This document shows positions 24,823 through 34,018 of a DNA stretch of 64,000 nucleotides, one piece after another (within the stretch, counting starts at the first letter, position 1; each line of letters opens with the position of its first letter). Made by a program: the position numbers and the translations under genes. The stretch comes from Mustelus asterias (lineage: Eukaryota): positions 62,001 through 126,000 of the forward strand of contig NW_027590226.1 of assembly GCF_964213995.1 (NCBI RefSeq), in the 5' to 3' direction. Below the pieces are notes generated by a model. The model saw only the letters and a program-made list of their open reading frames with translations. It was not told where the DNA came from and made no database searches.

Positions 24823-26541
24823 TTATTTTACAGAGTGACGAGTTTCAACTTCGACCAAGGTCATTGTGAATCCACTCAGCGGGGGCGGCTCAAGATTTTC
24901 CCATTCCTCTGTTTTTTCTCTCGAGCGTGAGCTGCTTAGCACCCGCGTCACCATCTGCCGCGCTGCCACTCTGGTAAGGAAGGATCTCAGGGCGGGTAAA
25001 AAACAACAAAATATCAATCCCAGAATGATTATTGTTGCGATTGCTACAGCTCCAGCTTTGGCAAACCACGCCCCCCATCTTCCTAATATTCTGTCCAGCC
25101 AACTCCATACCTCATGCCCAAACCCAGCATTTTCTTTCACTTCTTTCTTAAGATTTCTTAACTTATTCATGGCTTGTGTAAATGACCCCTCTGGATTAGT
25201 GTTATTAGGGATAAATGTGCAGCACTGATCCCCAAACATAACACACACCCCTCCTTTCTCTGCCAGGAGCCAATCTAACGCCTGTCGGTTTTGCCACGCC
25301 ATTTTGCTGGTCGCATCCAACTGCTCTCCTAAGGCCTCCAGGGCATCATTCGTATAATTAATAAACCTCTGCTGATTATAATAGATGTAATTGATCCACT
25401 CAGTATTCTTGCTGGGTGTGATCCAAACAAAGAGGGATTCAAACCCTGCAGCTATTTCGTTCCTAGCTTTGAACTCATTCGGGATGCCGCGGGGCTGTCC
25501 GATTGCGTCCAATTTTATCGTAGGGTCAGGGGTATATGCCCTCTTAACTTTTTGTGATTTAATTTTTCTTTCCACCGGTAGTATCACAATGCTCTGGGCA
25601 AGCATAACTCGAGCACATAGTCCTTTCCAATTCTGTGGTAATTTTGCCAATAGCCCTTTCTCCGGGCCACAAAGCCACCAGAGATCGGCCAGTTGATTTT
25701 CTTGATAGTCTAACACATAAGGAGGGGGTGCCCATCCCCCTCCTGAGAGGATCAGATAAAGAGCATCGGTTATATTCCAAATCCTTTCACACTCTCCTGT
25801 GTAATTTCCCACACTACTTCCTGTGCTACTTTCCCTCCAATAGCAATCTCGGATTTGTAAGTTGGGCTCTACACTCCATTCCTTTGGGACCGCGTCCACT
25901 GCCGTTTTTGGCCACTTTGGACATCTGTGGGTCAAGTTGTAGATGCCCTTTTTTACCCCAGCAAACAGGATGCAGTGGTATTGACACAACGGCGGCTCAC
26001 CTTTACAAAGGTTATCACATGCGGATCCGGAACAGTCTATATTCTCATACGAGTAGTTCCGATTCCCTATCATATGATACCGTATATATGTGGTATATGG
26101 ACGGCAATTTTCCTTTCTCCAGCTTTGTTTCCTGGTTCTACAGTCTCCTGATCCCCATGGTATAGCAGTTACTTGGGTGTTAGGTTTCTCTGATGCACAT
26201 ACTACACACTCTTTCCCATCACTGTTTCTCTGACCTGTATACTCAGCCCATTTCCACCATTTGTTTTTCTGCGCTTTTTCCCAAATAGTATTTGTGCTCA
26301 CTAATCGTTCACGTTTTATTCGTCTTAATACTCTATCTTCCTGATTTTGCACCCTTATGTCTTCTGTATCCCATTCTCCTTTTCTATGGGTCACGGAAGT
26401 TCCTAAGGGAAATAGTTTCCAACTCCCAGGTGGGGAATGGGGCCCCTTCCCTGTCCTCACCTCCCTCGGCACCTTGACTAATAGGCTCAGGCTGGGCATT
26501 TGTATCATCAGCCAGCTCATGTACAGAACTACTTTCATCAT
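24823..26541 (-). CDS. env: ERV envelope (572 aa, intact)
   Basis: CVVC (CxxC) in SU, furin site KVKR, ISD QNRQALDWLLAEKGGVC, CX6CC (CVMFGDQCC), TM anchor AGAVAIATIIILGLIFCCFL. Overlaps the end of pol. Confidence 0.95.
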   Translation of the reverse strand: MMKVVLYMSWLMIQMPSLSLLVKVPREVRTGKGPHSPPGSWKLFPLGTSVTHRKGEWDTEDIRVQNQEDRVLRRIKRERLVSTNTIWEKAQKNKWWKWAEYTGQRNSDGKECVVCASEKPNTQVTAIPWGSGDCRTRKQSWRKENCRPYTTYIRYHMIGNRNYSYENIDCSGSACDNLCKGEPPLCQYHCILFAGVKKGIYNLTHRCPKWPKTAVDAVPKEWSVEPNLQIRDCYWRESSTGSSVGNYTGECERIWNITDALYLILSGGGWAPPPYVLDYQENQLADLWWLCGPEKGLLAKLPQNWKGLCARVMLAQSIVILPVERKIKSQKVKRAYTPDPTIKLDAIGQPRGIPNEFKARNEIAAGFESLFVWITPSKNTEWINYIYYNQQRFINYTNDALEALGEQLDATSKMAWQNRQALDWLLAEKGGVCVMFGDQCCTFIPNNTNPEGSFTQAMNKLRNLKKEVKENAGFGHEVWSWLDRILGRWGAWFAKAGAVAIATIIILGLIFCCFLPALRSFLTRVAARQMVTRVLSSSRSREKTEEWENLEPPPLSGFTMTLVEVETRHSVK

Positions 26542-29500
26542 CCTCTATGCTTTTTGTTCTTCCTTGGCCCTGTTCCTCCTCCCCACGATTCTCCCCGTGT
26601 ATTTCTATTTCTTCCTCGCTATCACCTCTATCCACTCTGTGTACTTCTTCAATTTCCCTTCTCTCCCCCACCCCTGGTACCGTTCTGGTACAATGGTTTA
26701 AGTGATACCACAGTGTACTGCCTTCTACTTGCAAAGCCGTGGGAGACACTTTGGTGACTTCAAACGGTCCTTCTCGTCTCGGTTCGTTCCAACGTCTCCG
26801 GAACGTTCTGATGTATACTCGATCTCCAGGCTTGATCTGATGTTCTGTTACCAGATTCTCCTCCTCCTTGGCTTTTTCCTGTTCAAATATAGTTCTATGT
26901 ATAACAGTTAATTGTTGTATATATTCTTTTGTGCTTTGATCTAAACATTCTAGCGTAGGACCTCCTGATCCCCTGATCTTAGGTACCGGCATTACTCTTC
27001 CTGTCATCATTTCATGTGGGCTCAAATGTGTGATTCTGTTTTCCTGACTCCTGTATTGCATTAGAGCCAATGGCAGAGCATCTATCCAGTTTTTCCCTGT
27101 TTCACTGCAAATTTTGCTTATTTTAGCCTTAAGGGTCCCGTTTGCTCTCTCCACCATTCCTTGGGATTGAGGGTGATATACGCATCCAAACTTCTGCTTT
27201 ATTCGGAGTGCCGAGAGTGTCTCTCTCAGTGCCCTTCCTATAAAAGCGGATCCATTGTCTGAACTTAATTGCGTGGGTATGCCAAATCTTGGGATAATTT
27301 CTTTTGACAGGAAGTTAATCACCGTTCCAGATCCTTGATCTTTGGATGGCGTTGCTTCTATCCATCTGCTGAATCTATCAATAATCACTAACATGTATCT
27401 TTTCCCCCTCACCACCTTTCCCATATCCACATAGTCCATGCATAGATGTTTAAATGGTCCTTCAGGAATGGGTATATGCCCTATTGGGGCAGTAATGCCC
27501 TTCCTGATGTTATTCTGAGCACACACCTCACACTGACTCAGTATGTAGTCAATCGAGTTTTGCAGGTATGGTGACCAGAATCCTTCCTTCTTGATCTTTC
27601 TAGCCACTTCTCCTCTTGCACAGTGGTCCACTCCATGCGCTTCGCTAATTAGTACGGTTAGTAATGATGTGGGTGCTATGACCAATCCCTCCCCATTTCT
27701 CCATATCCTGTCCTGTTGTCCCTGTAGTGCTCCTCTATCTTTCCACATTGCCTTTTCAGCTACAGAGGTTTCCTCCTGTAACTGTGCTACATCCTCTAAT
27801 GTGATCTGAGGTTCGATATCCCCCGTACCTGGCCCTGGGTGTGGCCTTGCTATTTCTACTGGGGCTATCGTAGCCTCAATGCATCCTGACGCTTCTTTAG
27901 CTGCCTTGTCGGCTTTGGTGTTTCCCTGTGTGATGCTGTCTGCTCCCTTTTTATGCGCCTGACACTTAATTATGGCTAATTCCCTTGGACCCATCATGGC
28001 CCTTATTAAAGCCCTGATTTGACCTTCGTGTTGTATTGGTCCTCCTCCGCTTTTCATAAATCCCCTTTGCTTCCATATTGCCCCGAACAGATGGCAGACC
28101 CCGTGGGCATAGGCCGAATCAGTATAAATTTCCAATGCTTCCCCGTTTGCTAGCTCACATGCTCTGGTCAATGCTTTAAGTTCTGCCAGTTGGGCTGAAC
28201 AGGGCTGTTCACATTTCTCTGCTTCTATGACTTCAAGTGTTTCCCCTTTCTGTTCAACTATGGCATAGCCTGCGTGGTTTCCTAAGTGATCCCTGTAACA
28301 TGAGCCATCTACATACAGTATCCTTTTCCCTTCTGTCACTAGTCCCTCTGCTCTTAAATCTTTTCTCAGTTTCATAAATGTTTTTGCTTCTCTTAAGCAT
28401 TCATGTTCTTCTCCTTCATGAGGTAATGGCATGTAATCAGCTGGATTTACTCTGTTGCACTTTATAATCGTGATATCTGGAAATGTGGTTAGCATTCGAT
28501 AATGATGGATCCTAGCAGGTGTCAGCACAAATTTTCCTTGCTCAATCAATTCAGCTACCTTATGGTATACATGTATGTTTATCGGATATCCCATTGTGAC
28601 CGTGGCTGCCTTTTCGTACGCCCACCAAGCTGCTGCCAGACCTTGATAGCACGGAGGGTATCCCATCGCTACGTCGTCTAGCTTGGTACTGTAATATGCT
28701 ACAGCCTGCCTTTGTCTACCCTTGCAATTTTCCTGCATTAACATTGCTGTAGCAAATCCAGCTTCTCTGTTACTCACAAATAAGTCAAAGGGCTTGTCAT
28801 AGGTCGGTAAGGCCAATGCTGGTGCCTGTGCCATTTCTCTTTTCACATTTTCAAATGCGCCTGAAGCATCTTTATCCCATTTTAGTTTGGCTTTTAATTC
28901 GTCACACCCTGCCTCCTTCATTATCTTTCGTAGTGCCTGCGTTTTTTCGGCATAGCTTTCCACCCATTCTGAACTGAATCCTGTCATTCCCAAAAATGTC
29001 ATCATTTGTCCCACCGTCTGTGGTTTCGGAACTTTTAGTACTGCTTCTATTTGCTGTGAAGCTATCTCCTTCTGTCCTGCTGATATTTCTCTTCCCAAGT
29101 ATTCTACCTTTTTCTGGCACAGCTGCAGCTTTTTCCTGGAAACTTTATGGCCCCCTTCTGCTAGTCTTTCCAATAGTTTTAAACTATCCTTCCTGCACTG
29201 TTCTTGTGTTCCTGTGCATAATAATAAATCATCCACATATTGTATCAGTGTTCCTTCCAACTGTATTCCTTCTAAATCTGCTCTCAACACCTGATTGAAT
29301 ACATGTGGGGAATGTTTAAATCCTTGGGGCATCCTATTGTATGTGTATTGTTTCCCCTCGTACGTAAATGCAAAGAGATACTGACTTTCTTGAGCTAGTG
29401 GCACACTAAAAAATGCCGAACATAGGTCTATTACAGTAAACCATCTACATTCAGGTGGTATATTTGTCATCAAGGTATAAGGGTTTGGAACCTCTGCTGG

Positions 29501-30757
29501 CATATCTTCCACTACCTCATTAATTGCCCTTAGATCATGCACCAATCTCCATTTTTCTCCGTCCGCCTTTTTCACTGGTAGTAGCGGTGTATTACACCTG
29601 CTCCGGGTTTCTTTTAATACCCCTGCTTCTATCAATCCCTTAATTGTCCCTCTAATTCCTTCAATTGCTTCTGTCTTGATTGGGTATTGCGGCCTATACG
29701 GCCCCTGACGTCCTATCTTTAATCTGACTTCAACTGGATTAGCGTTTTTGACCCTCCCTACATCCGTGTCCTGTCTGGACCACAACTCCTGCGGGAGAGA
29801 GTTCAAATCCTGCTCTAACCTCTCTCTCCACTCCAGTTCCTGTTTCTCGATTTGCACTCCTATTGTTATCTGCTTCGGTTTCCCAAGCATTTTAACATCC
29901 AAAATTATTTTCGTCATTTGTCCATTGCTGGACGTCCAAATATCCACATTGTCTGTCTGGACAAATTCTAAATCTTGTGCTCTCAACACCATTGGTCCTA
30001 GGTCTTTTGATCTGTATCCCGGATTCACTTTCAATGTGACATGTGGCTCCGCCCCAGATACAGAGAACCATTTGTTAACCCATTCATTCCTAACAATTGT
30101 GAGGGCTACTCCCTCTAGTCCGATTAAAATACTTCCTGACTTTATTTCCTGTTCTCGTCCTGCCTCCCTTTCCCATTTCTCCTGTATCTCAGGTTCCTGC
30201 CCTTCATCAAATATCATTGTACTGTGTAATTCTGTCCTTGGCCATTTGGCTTGTGGAACCCAAGTGTTTATAAGCTTTCCCCAAACTTCCCATATCTGTT
30301 TTTTAACTTGTTCCTCTATATCTCCCAACCAATATACATTAACCCCTTCCTTTCCTGGTATTTCAAGTGGATACATTCCCATCAAATCAATTCCTTGTTC
30401 AGTGCATTCTAATTTCAGTCCTAAACCTAGGATTGCATCCCTTCCCAATAGATTTAAAGGAGTTTTATCACATACTAAAATAGGTACATGGGTTGTCTTA
30501 TTTCCAATGGTAACAGGCACCGGCGTCGTCATTCGAGCTAATATTACTTTCCCCGAGAACCCCACAGTTTTTACAAACTGGTTTGACAATGGTAAGTGAT
30601 CCGCATACTTCGTTTGCATGCACGTACATGTGGCGCCGGTGTCTATCATCATGGGGACCTCGATCCCTCCTACTCTAACGTTAACTATAGGTTCCTGCTC
30701 TGCAGTTTCTGTTATCTGTACGTACTGTCCTACCATTTCGGGGTTCTCTGGGCCTCC
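26384..30757 (-). CDS. pol: ERV Pol: PR - 2H-like insert - RT - RNase H - IN, intact; in frame after the gag UAG
   Basis: MIDTGA protease, QYVDDLL RT, YVDGS/YTDSAY RNase H, HGVDH..CEVC and D-D-E integrase. TAG GGA GGC CCA GAG AAC CCC GAA ATG is in frame. Confidence 0.97.
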   Translation of the reverse strand, partial: GGPENPEMVGQYVQITETAEQEPIVNVRVGGIEVPMMIDTGATCTCMQTKYADHLPLSNQFVKTVGFSGKVILARMTTPVPVTIGNKTTHVPILVCDKTPLNLLGRDAILGLGLKLECTEQGIDLMGMYPLEIPGKEGVNVYWLGDIEEQVKKQIWEVWGKLINTWVPQAKWPRTELHSTMIFDEGQEPEIQEKWEREAGREQEIKSGSILIGLEGVALTIVRNEWVNKWFSVSGAEPHVTLKVNPGYRSKDLGPMVLRAQDLEFVQTDNVDIWTSSNGQMTKIILDVKMLGKPKQITIGVQIEKQELEWRERLEQDLNSLPQELWSRQDTDVGRVKNANPVEVRLKIGRQGPYRPQYPIKTEAIEGIRGTIKGLIEAGVLKETRSRCNTPLLPVKKADGEKWRLVHDLRAINEVVEDMPAEVPNPYTLMTNIPPECRWFTVIDLCSAFFSVPLAQESQYLFAFTYEGKQYTYNRMPQGFKHSPHVFNQVLRADLEGIQLEGTLIQYVDDLLLCTGTQEQCRKDSLKLLERLAEGGHKVSRKKLQLCQKKVEYLGREISAGQKEIASQQIEAVLKVPKPQTVGQMMTFLGMTGFSSEWVESYAEKTQALRKIMKEAGCDELKAKLKWDKDASGAFENVKREMAQAPALALPTYDKPFDLFVSNREAGFATAMLMQENCKGRQRQAVAYYSTKLDDVAMGYPPCYQGLAAAWWAYEKAATVTMGYPINIHVYHKVAELIEQGKFVLTPARIHHYRMLTTFPDITIIKCNRVNPADYMPLPHEGEEHECLREAKTFMKLRKDLRAEGLVTEGKRILYVDGSCYRDHLGNHAGYAIVEQKGETLEVIEAEKCEQPCSAQLAELKALTRACELANGEALEIYTDSAYAHGVCHLFGAIWKQRGFMKSGGGPIQHEGQIRALIRAMMGPRELAIIKCQAHKKGADSITQGNTKADKAAKEASGCIEATIAPVEIARPHPGPGTGDIEPQITLEDVAQLQEETSVAEKAMWKDRGALQGQQDRIWRNGEGLVIAPTSLLTVLISEAHGVDHCARGEVARKIKKEGFWSPYLQNSIDYILSQCEVCAQNNIRKGITAPIGHIPIPEGPFKHLCMDYVDMGKVVRGKRYMLVIIDRFSRWIEATPSKDQGSGTVINFLSKEIIPRFGIPTQLSSDNGSAFIGRALRETLSALRIKQKFGCVYHPQSQGMVERANGTLKAKISKICSETGKNWIDALPLALMQYRSQENRITHLSPHEMMTGRVMPVPKIRGSGGPTLECLDQSTKEYIQQLTVIHRTIFEQEKAKEEENLVTEHQIKPGDRVYIRTFRRRWNEPRREGPFEVTKVSPTALQVEGSTLWYHLNHCTRTVPGVGERREIEEVHRVDRGDSEEEIEIHGENRGEEEQGQGRTKSIEDDESSSVHELADDTNAQPEPISQGAEGGEDREGAPFPTWELETISLRNFRDP

Positions 30758-31985
30758 CTATGGGGAATTCTGATGGTTTACCGGCCCTTGAAACATCGGG
30801 ATGCTGTTTGGCGATCCTTGGATCAGTTGTTGGCCTGTCTGCTGCTGGTTTTCTCCCTGTCTGGGGAAATTCCGCGGGCAATTCCTTTTTATGTGCCCTG
30901 CCTCCCCGCACCCCCAACACACACCTGAAGGGCCAGGCAGTGGTCCCTGTCTCGGAGTCTGATGATTAACCTGTCCCTGTCCTCTCTGATTCTGATAGGG
31001 TGGCCTACCACCTCCCTGTCCTTTCCCATTTCTATTCCAGTCAGTCTGACTTTGCAGGGCGTATGGGTTTTGATAATTTAGGCCATAGGCTCCTGGGTTC
31101 ATGGACAGTGGGAAGGCAGAAATGTTATAGGTTATGACGGGCTGGCCTCCAATTCCGCTCCCCCCTTTGATTAGTGCAGGTGTTTCCTCTGGCTTTTGCT
31201 CCACCATCATTGGTGCTATTTTTCTGGGTGCGAGATCCTCTTTTGCCTTCAGTTTATCCTTGCTTTTGATCTCCTCCAACTGTGCCTGAAGGAGTTTACG
31301 TTGTACCTCCTTCAGCTGTTTGTCTGCATTCTTTTCATCTTTGCGATGTCTCTCTACTGCATGGGCAACATAATCCACAAACTCTCGGTAATTTTTTGAG
31401 TCCAAGCCCACCACTTCCTCCAGCCTTGTCTTAGCTGGGGCTGGCAAGCCCTCTAGGATTGCAGCCCGGAACATGGAGTTGGTCAGTGGGTCTATTAAAA
31501 TGTCCCTCTCCGTGTCCCTTCTCCACCTTCGTCATCTGTTCTATGTCATATTCTCCCTCAAAATTCATTTTGCCTGATATAACTGGGTACAGTCCCGTGG
31601 AGCTCTGTTTCTCTAAGTAGGGGGGTGGGGCTACGTTTGGATCTTCCAATTTTGCTTTTTCCTCAAGTTGTACTGGCATCTGCATTCTACCTCCCCTCCA
31701 TACCCCTCTTCTCTCTTTCCCTTCTTGTTGGAATAGGGCTAATATCTCTAACTCCTTTTCTCGCTTCTCCCTTCTTTTGCTCGATTTATCCTTAATCTTA
31801 TAGTTCTTTATCATTCCCTTCTGGTCCTCACACCTCTCTATGGACCATGTGCCTTCCTCCGGCCACTGTGTATTGGTCTTATTTGTTCTTTTGGCCCATT
31901 TTTTAGAGACGTGTTCTATATCTCCCCTAAGGGCTGGGAACTTATCCCCTAATATCTCCACTGGTGTCTTAACTTGGTGCACCAT
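30758..31985 (-). pseudogene. gag: ERV gag with internal deletion and frameshift near 31530
   Basis: MA-like WPEEGTW and PPPY late domain lie in one frame. Capsid C-terminal part (MFRAAILEGLP...RLEEVVGL) and zinc knuckle CWGCGEAGHIKRNC lie in another. Only ~410 codons in total. Confidence 0.85.
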
Positions 31986-33178
31986 TACTCGTCTTTTTGG
32001 ATCACTGTCGCAATTTTTGTCACTTAGTCCGTCAGAGTTAGGTATTACAGTGATTATTACTTGCTGTATTGTTTTTCCGTGCTCAGTCCCCTGTTTACCT
32101 TTCCTTTGGATTTCTTTTGCCACTATCTGTAATTCTAACCGGGGTCCTGATATCCACTTCCCCGTAGTCCCCTGTCCCGGCACTATCTTCCTCTCCCGGG
32201 CCAGAGGGTAGTAGGTTTTCACTTGCTCGTCTATGTGTATAAGAATCCTGTACCGGTCAGATCCCTTTATTAATTTCTCTAGGGTTTCCAATTTTATTTC
32301 GTCTATCCAATTCCTATCGACTACTCTTTCCCAATTTACATACGGCCACTCATTCTTTATCTCCTCTAAGTTAATTATGTGTGTAATCTTTTTCCAATCC
32401 AGTGTTGCTTCCGTTTTTGTTATTATTCAAAGATTAGTTATTTTCAATCTTGTCACCAGGCAGTTTTGTCAGGGTAATTTTTCAAGTTGTTAGTTATTAC
32501 CCTACCTATATTCCGACTCTCTCTCTTATTTCTGTCCTTCACGCTGTTTTCTCAGACCAGTTTGTTCAAATTGGTCTTTTACTTCCTCTATTCTAGCTGC
32601 TACTCCCCTTTCCTGTGGTTAAAATCCACTCCTGTGCTTTTGACTACTGTATTAGGTCAGAGAGTGATCTCTCACTGATCTCTCTCCCTCTCGGTTGACG
32701 TCCCTTACCCGAGGTCCTGGGTAGGTTTGGACTGGCAGATTTTCCCACACTTACTCTCTTCTGGGCAAGTCGTGACCTGAAAAACCCGCTCCAAACCGCT
32801 TGACTTAACCTAATTGCATTACTTTAGCTTTCAGCCTTTTTCCCGTCTCACTTTTTACCCATTCACAGACAATACAGTATTCGCAGCGCGCTTTTGCATG
32901 CAAAAATTCTGCTCTTCGGATCAGACTCAGTCTCTCAAAATTTTTACACAATTTGGTTTTACCTGTGCAGGATATCTTTTTGGGTTGGGGAGATCCAGGA
33001 CCAGCAGAGAGCCGGGCGCACCGGGCCTCGAGAAAACCCCTTTCTGACAACAAGGATTTACATGCATGCAAGTCTGCTTACCTTGTTGACAGAAGGCCGG
33101 CTGGGGACTTCTCGGTTCCGGCCGGACCACCGTCTCCGCCACTCCTTCCAGATGCTTTTCTGGGCGATCTCTCACCAA

Positions 33179-33196
33179 CCCTGCTAAGCAGCGCCA
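33179..33196 (-). promoter_or_regulatory. Primer-binding site, tRNA-Ser-like
   Basis: TGGCGCTGCTTAGCAGGG, 4 nt inside the 5' LTR end; imperfect match to vertebrate tRNA-Ser 3' ends as I recall them. Confidence 0.65.
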
Positions 33197-33200
33197 ATTT

Positions 33201-34018
33201 TGTCGTGGTTCCCCAGGACGACAATTCGTTCACATCGGTTTAAAACAGAGAGTCTGAGCAGCGATCTTCCAAGCAATAGACTTTATTTCTCAGTACAAGC
33301 GATAAAGTCGGGAACGTCCGGAACACTCCAAAGAGCCCTTGGGCTTACAATCTTTTATGTACATTTCAGCCTCACATCTCAAGATCCTTATCTCCCTTTT
33401 ACAGCCTGTCCTTGGTCGTTATCTTACCCTACAGCCCGATCTTTCTTTGGCCACCATTATTTTTAGTTGACTCTTTATCTGTTTTCTTTGCAATTGGTCG
33501 TTCCCTGATATATCTCTTCGTTTCTTAAACCATGGTGGTTATAACTCTTGCTCTTATCTGAACTTTTCTGTTTGTACAATAATCGTGGTTTTGCAGGCTA
33601 AGGCCGAATGTGTTTAGAAGAAAAGACATCCCCTCTGCTGATTTATGGTCCACTAATGTGTTTAGAAGAAAAGACATTCTCTCTGCTGACTTATGGTCCA
33701 CTAATGTGTTTAGAAGAAAAGACATTCTCTCTGCTGGTTTATGGTCCACTATTAAGTTGAACCACCGAGCAGTCTTCCTTGTTTTCCCAGGTGGCTATTG
33801 TTTGCTTTCCTTAATTAGTGATTGCTATATTACTTCTCTAGTTCCTCCACTTTGATCATATCGACTACACTTGATTATATTAGGTCGGTCACACGAGGTT
33901 ACTTTAGGTTATATACCCATCTCACTACTCACCTAAATCTGCTATATCATTTTACTAAAACCTGTGAATCTGAATTTCATACCTAGCTCATACAATATCT
34001 AATACAATTTCCCTTACA
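33201..34018 (-). repeat. ERV 5' LTR (818 bp, three 48-bp U3 repeats)
   Basis: TGTAAGGG...CACGACA. TATA-like cataaaa ~33353-33359, AATAAA ~33282-33287, several GATA motifs. Confidence 0.95.

Larger units (their letters stand above)
23684..34018 (-). mobile_element. Endogenous retrovirus, class I (epsilon/gamma-like): LTR-gag-pol-env-LTR
   Basis: TG...CA LTRs, PBS, PPT, gag UAG readthrough into pol, YVDD RT, gamma-type env. Confidence 0.97.
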
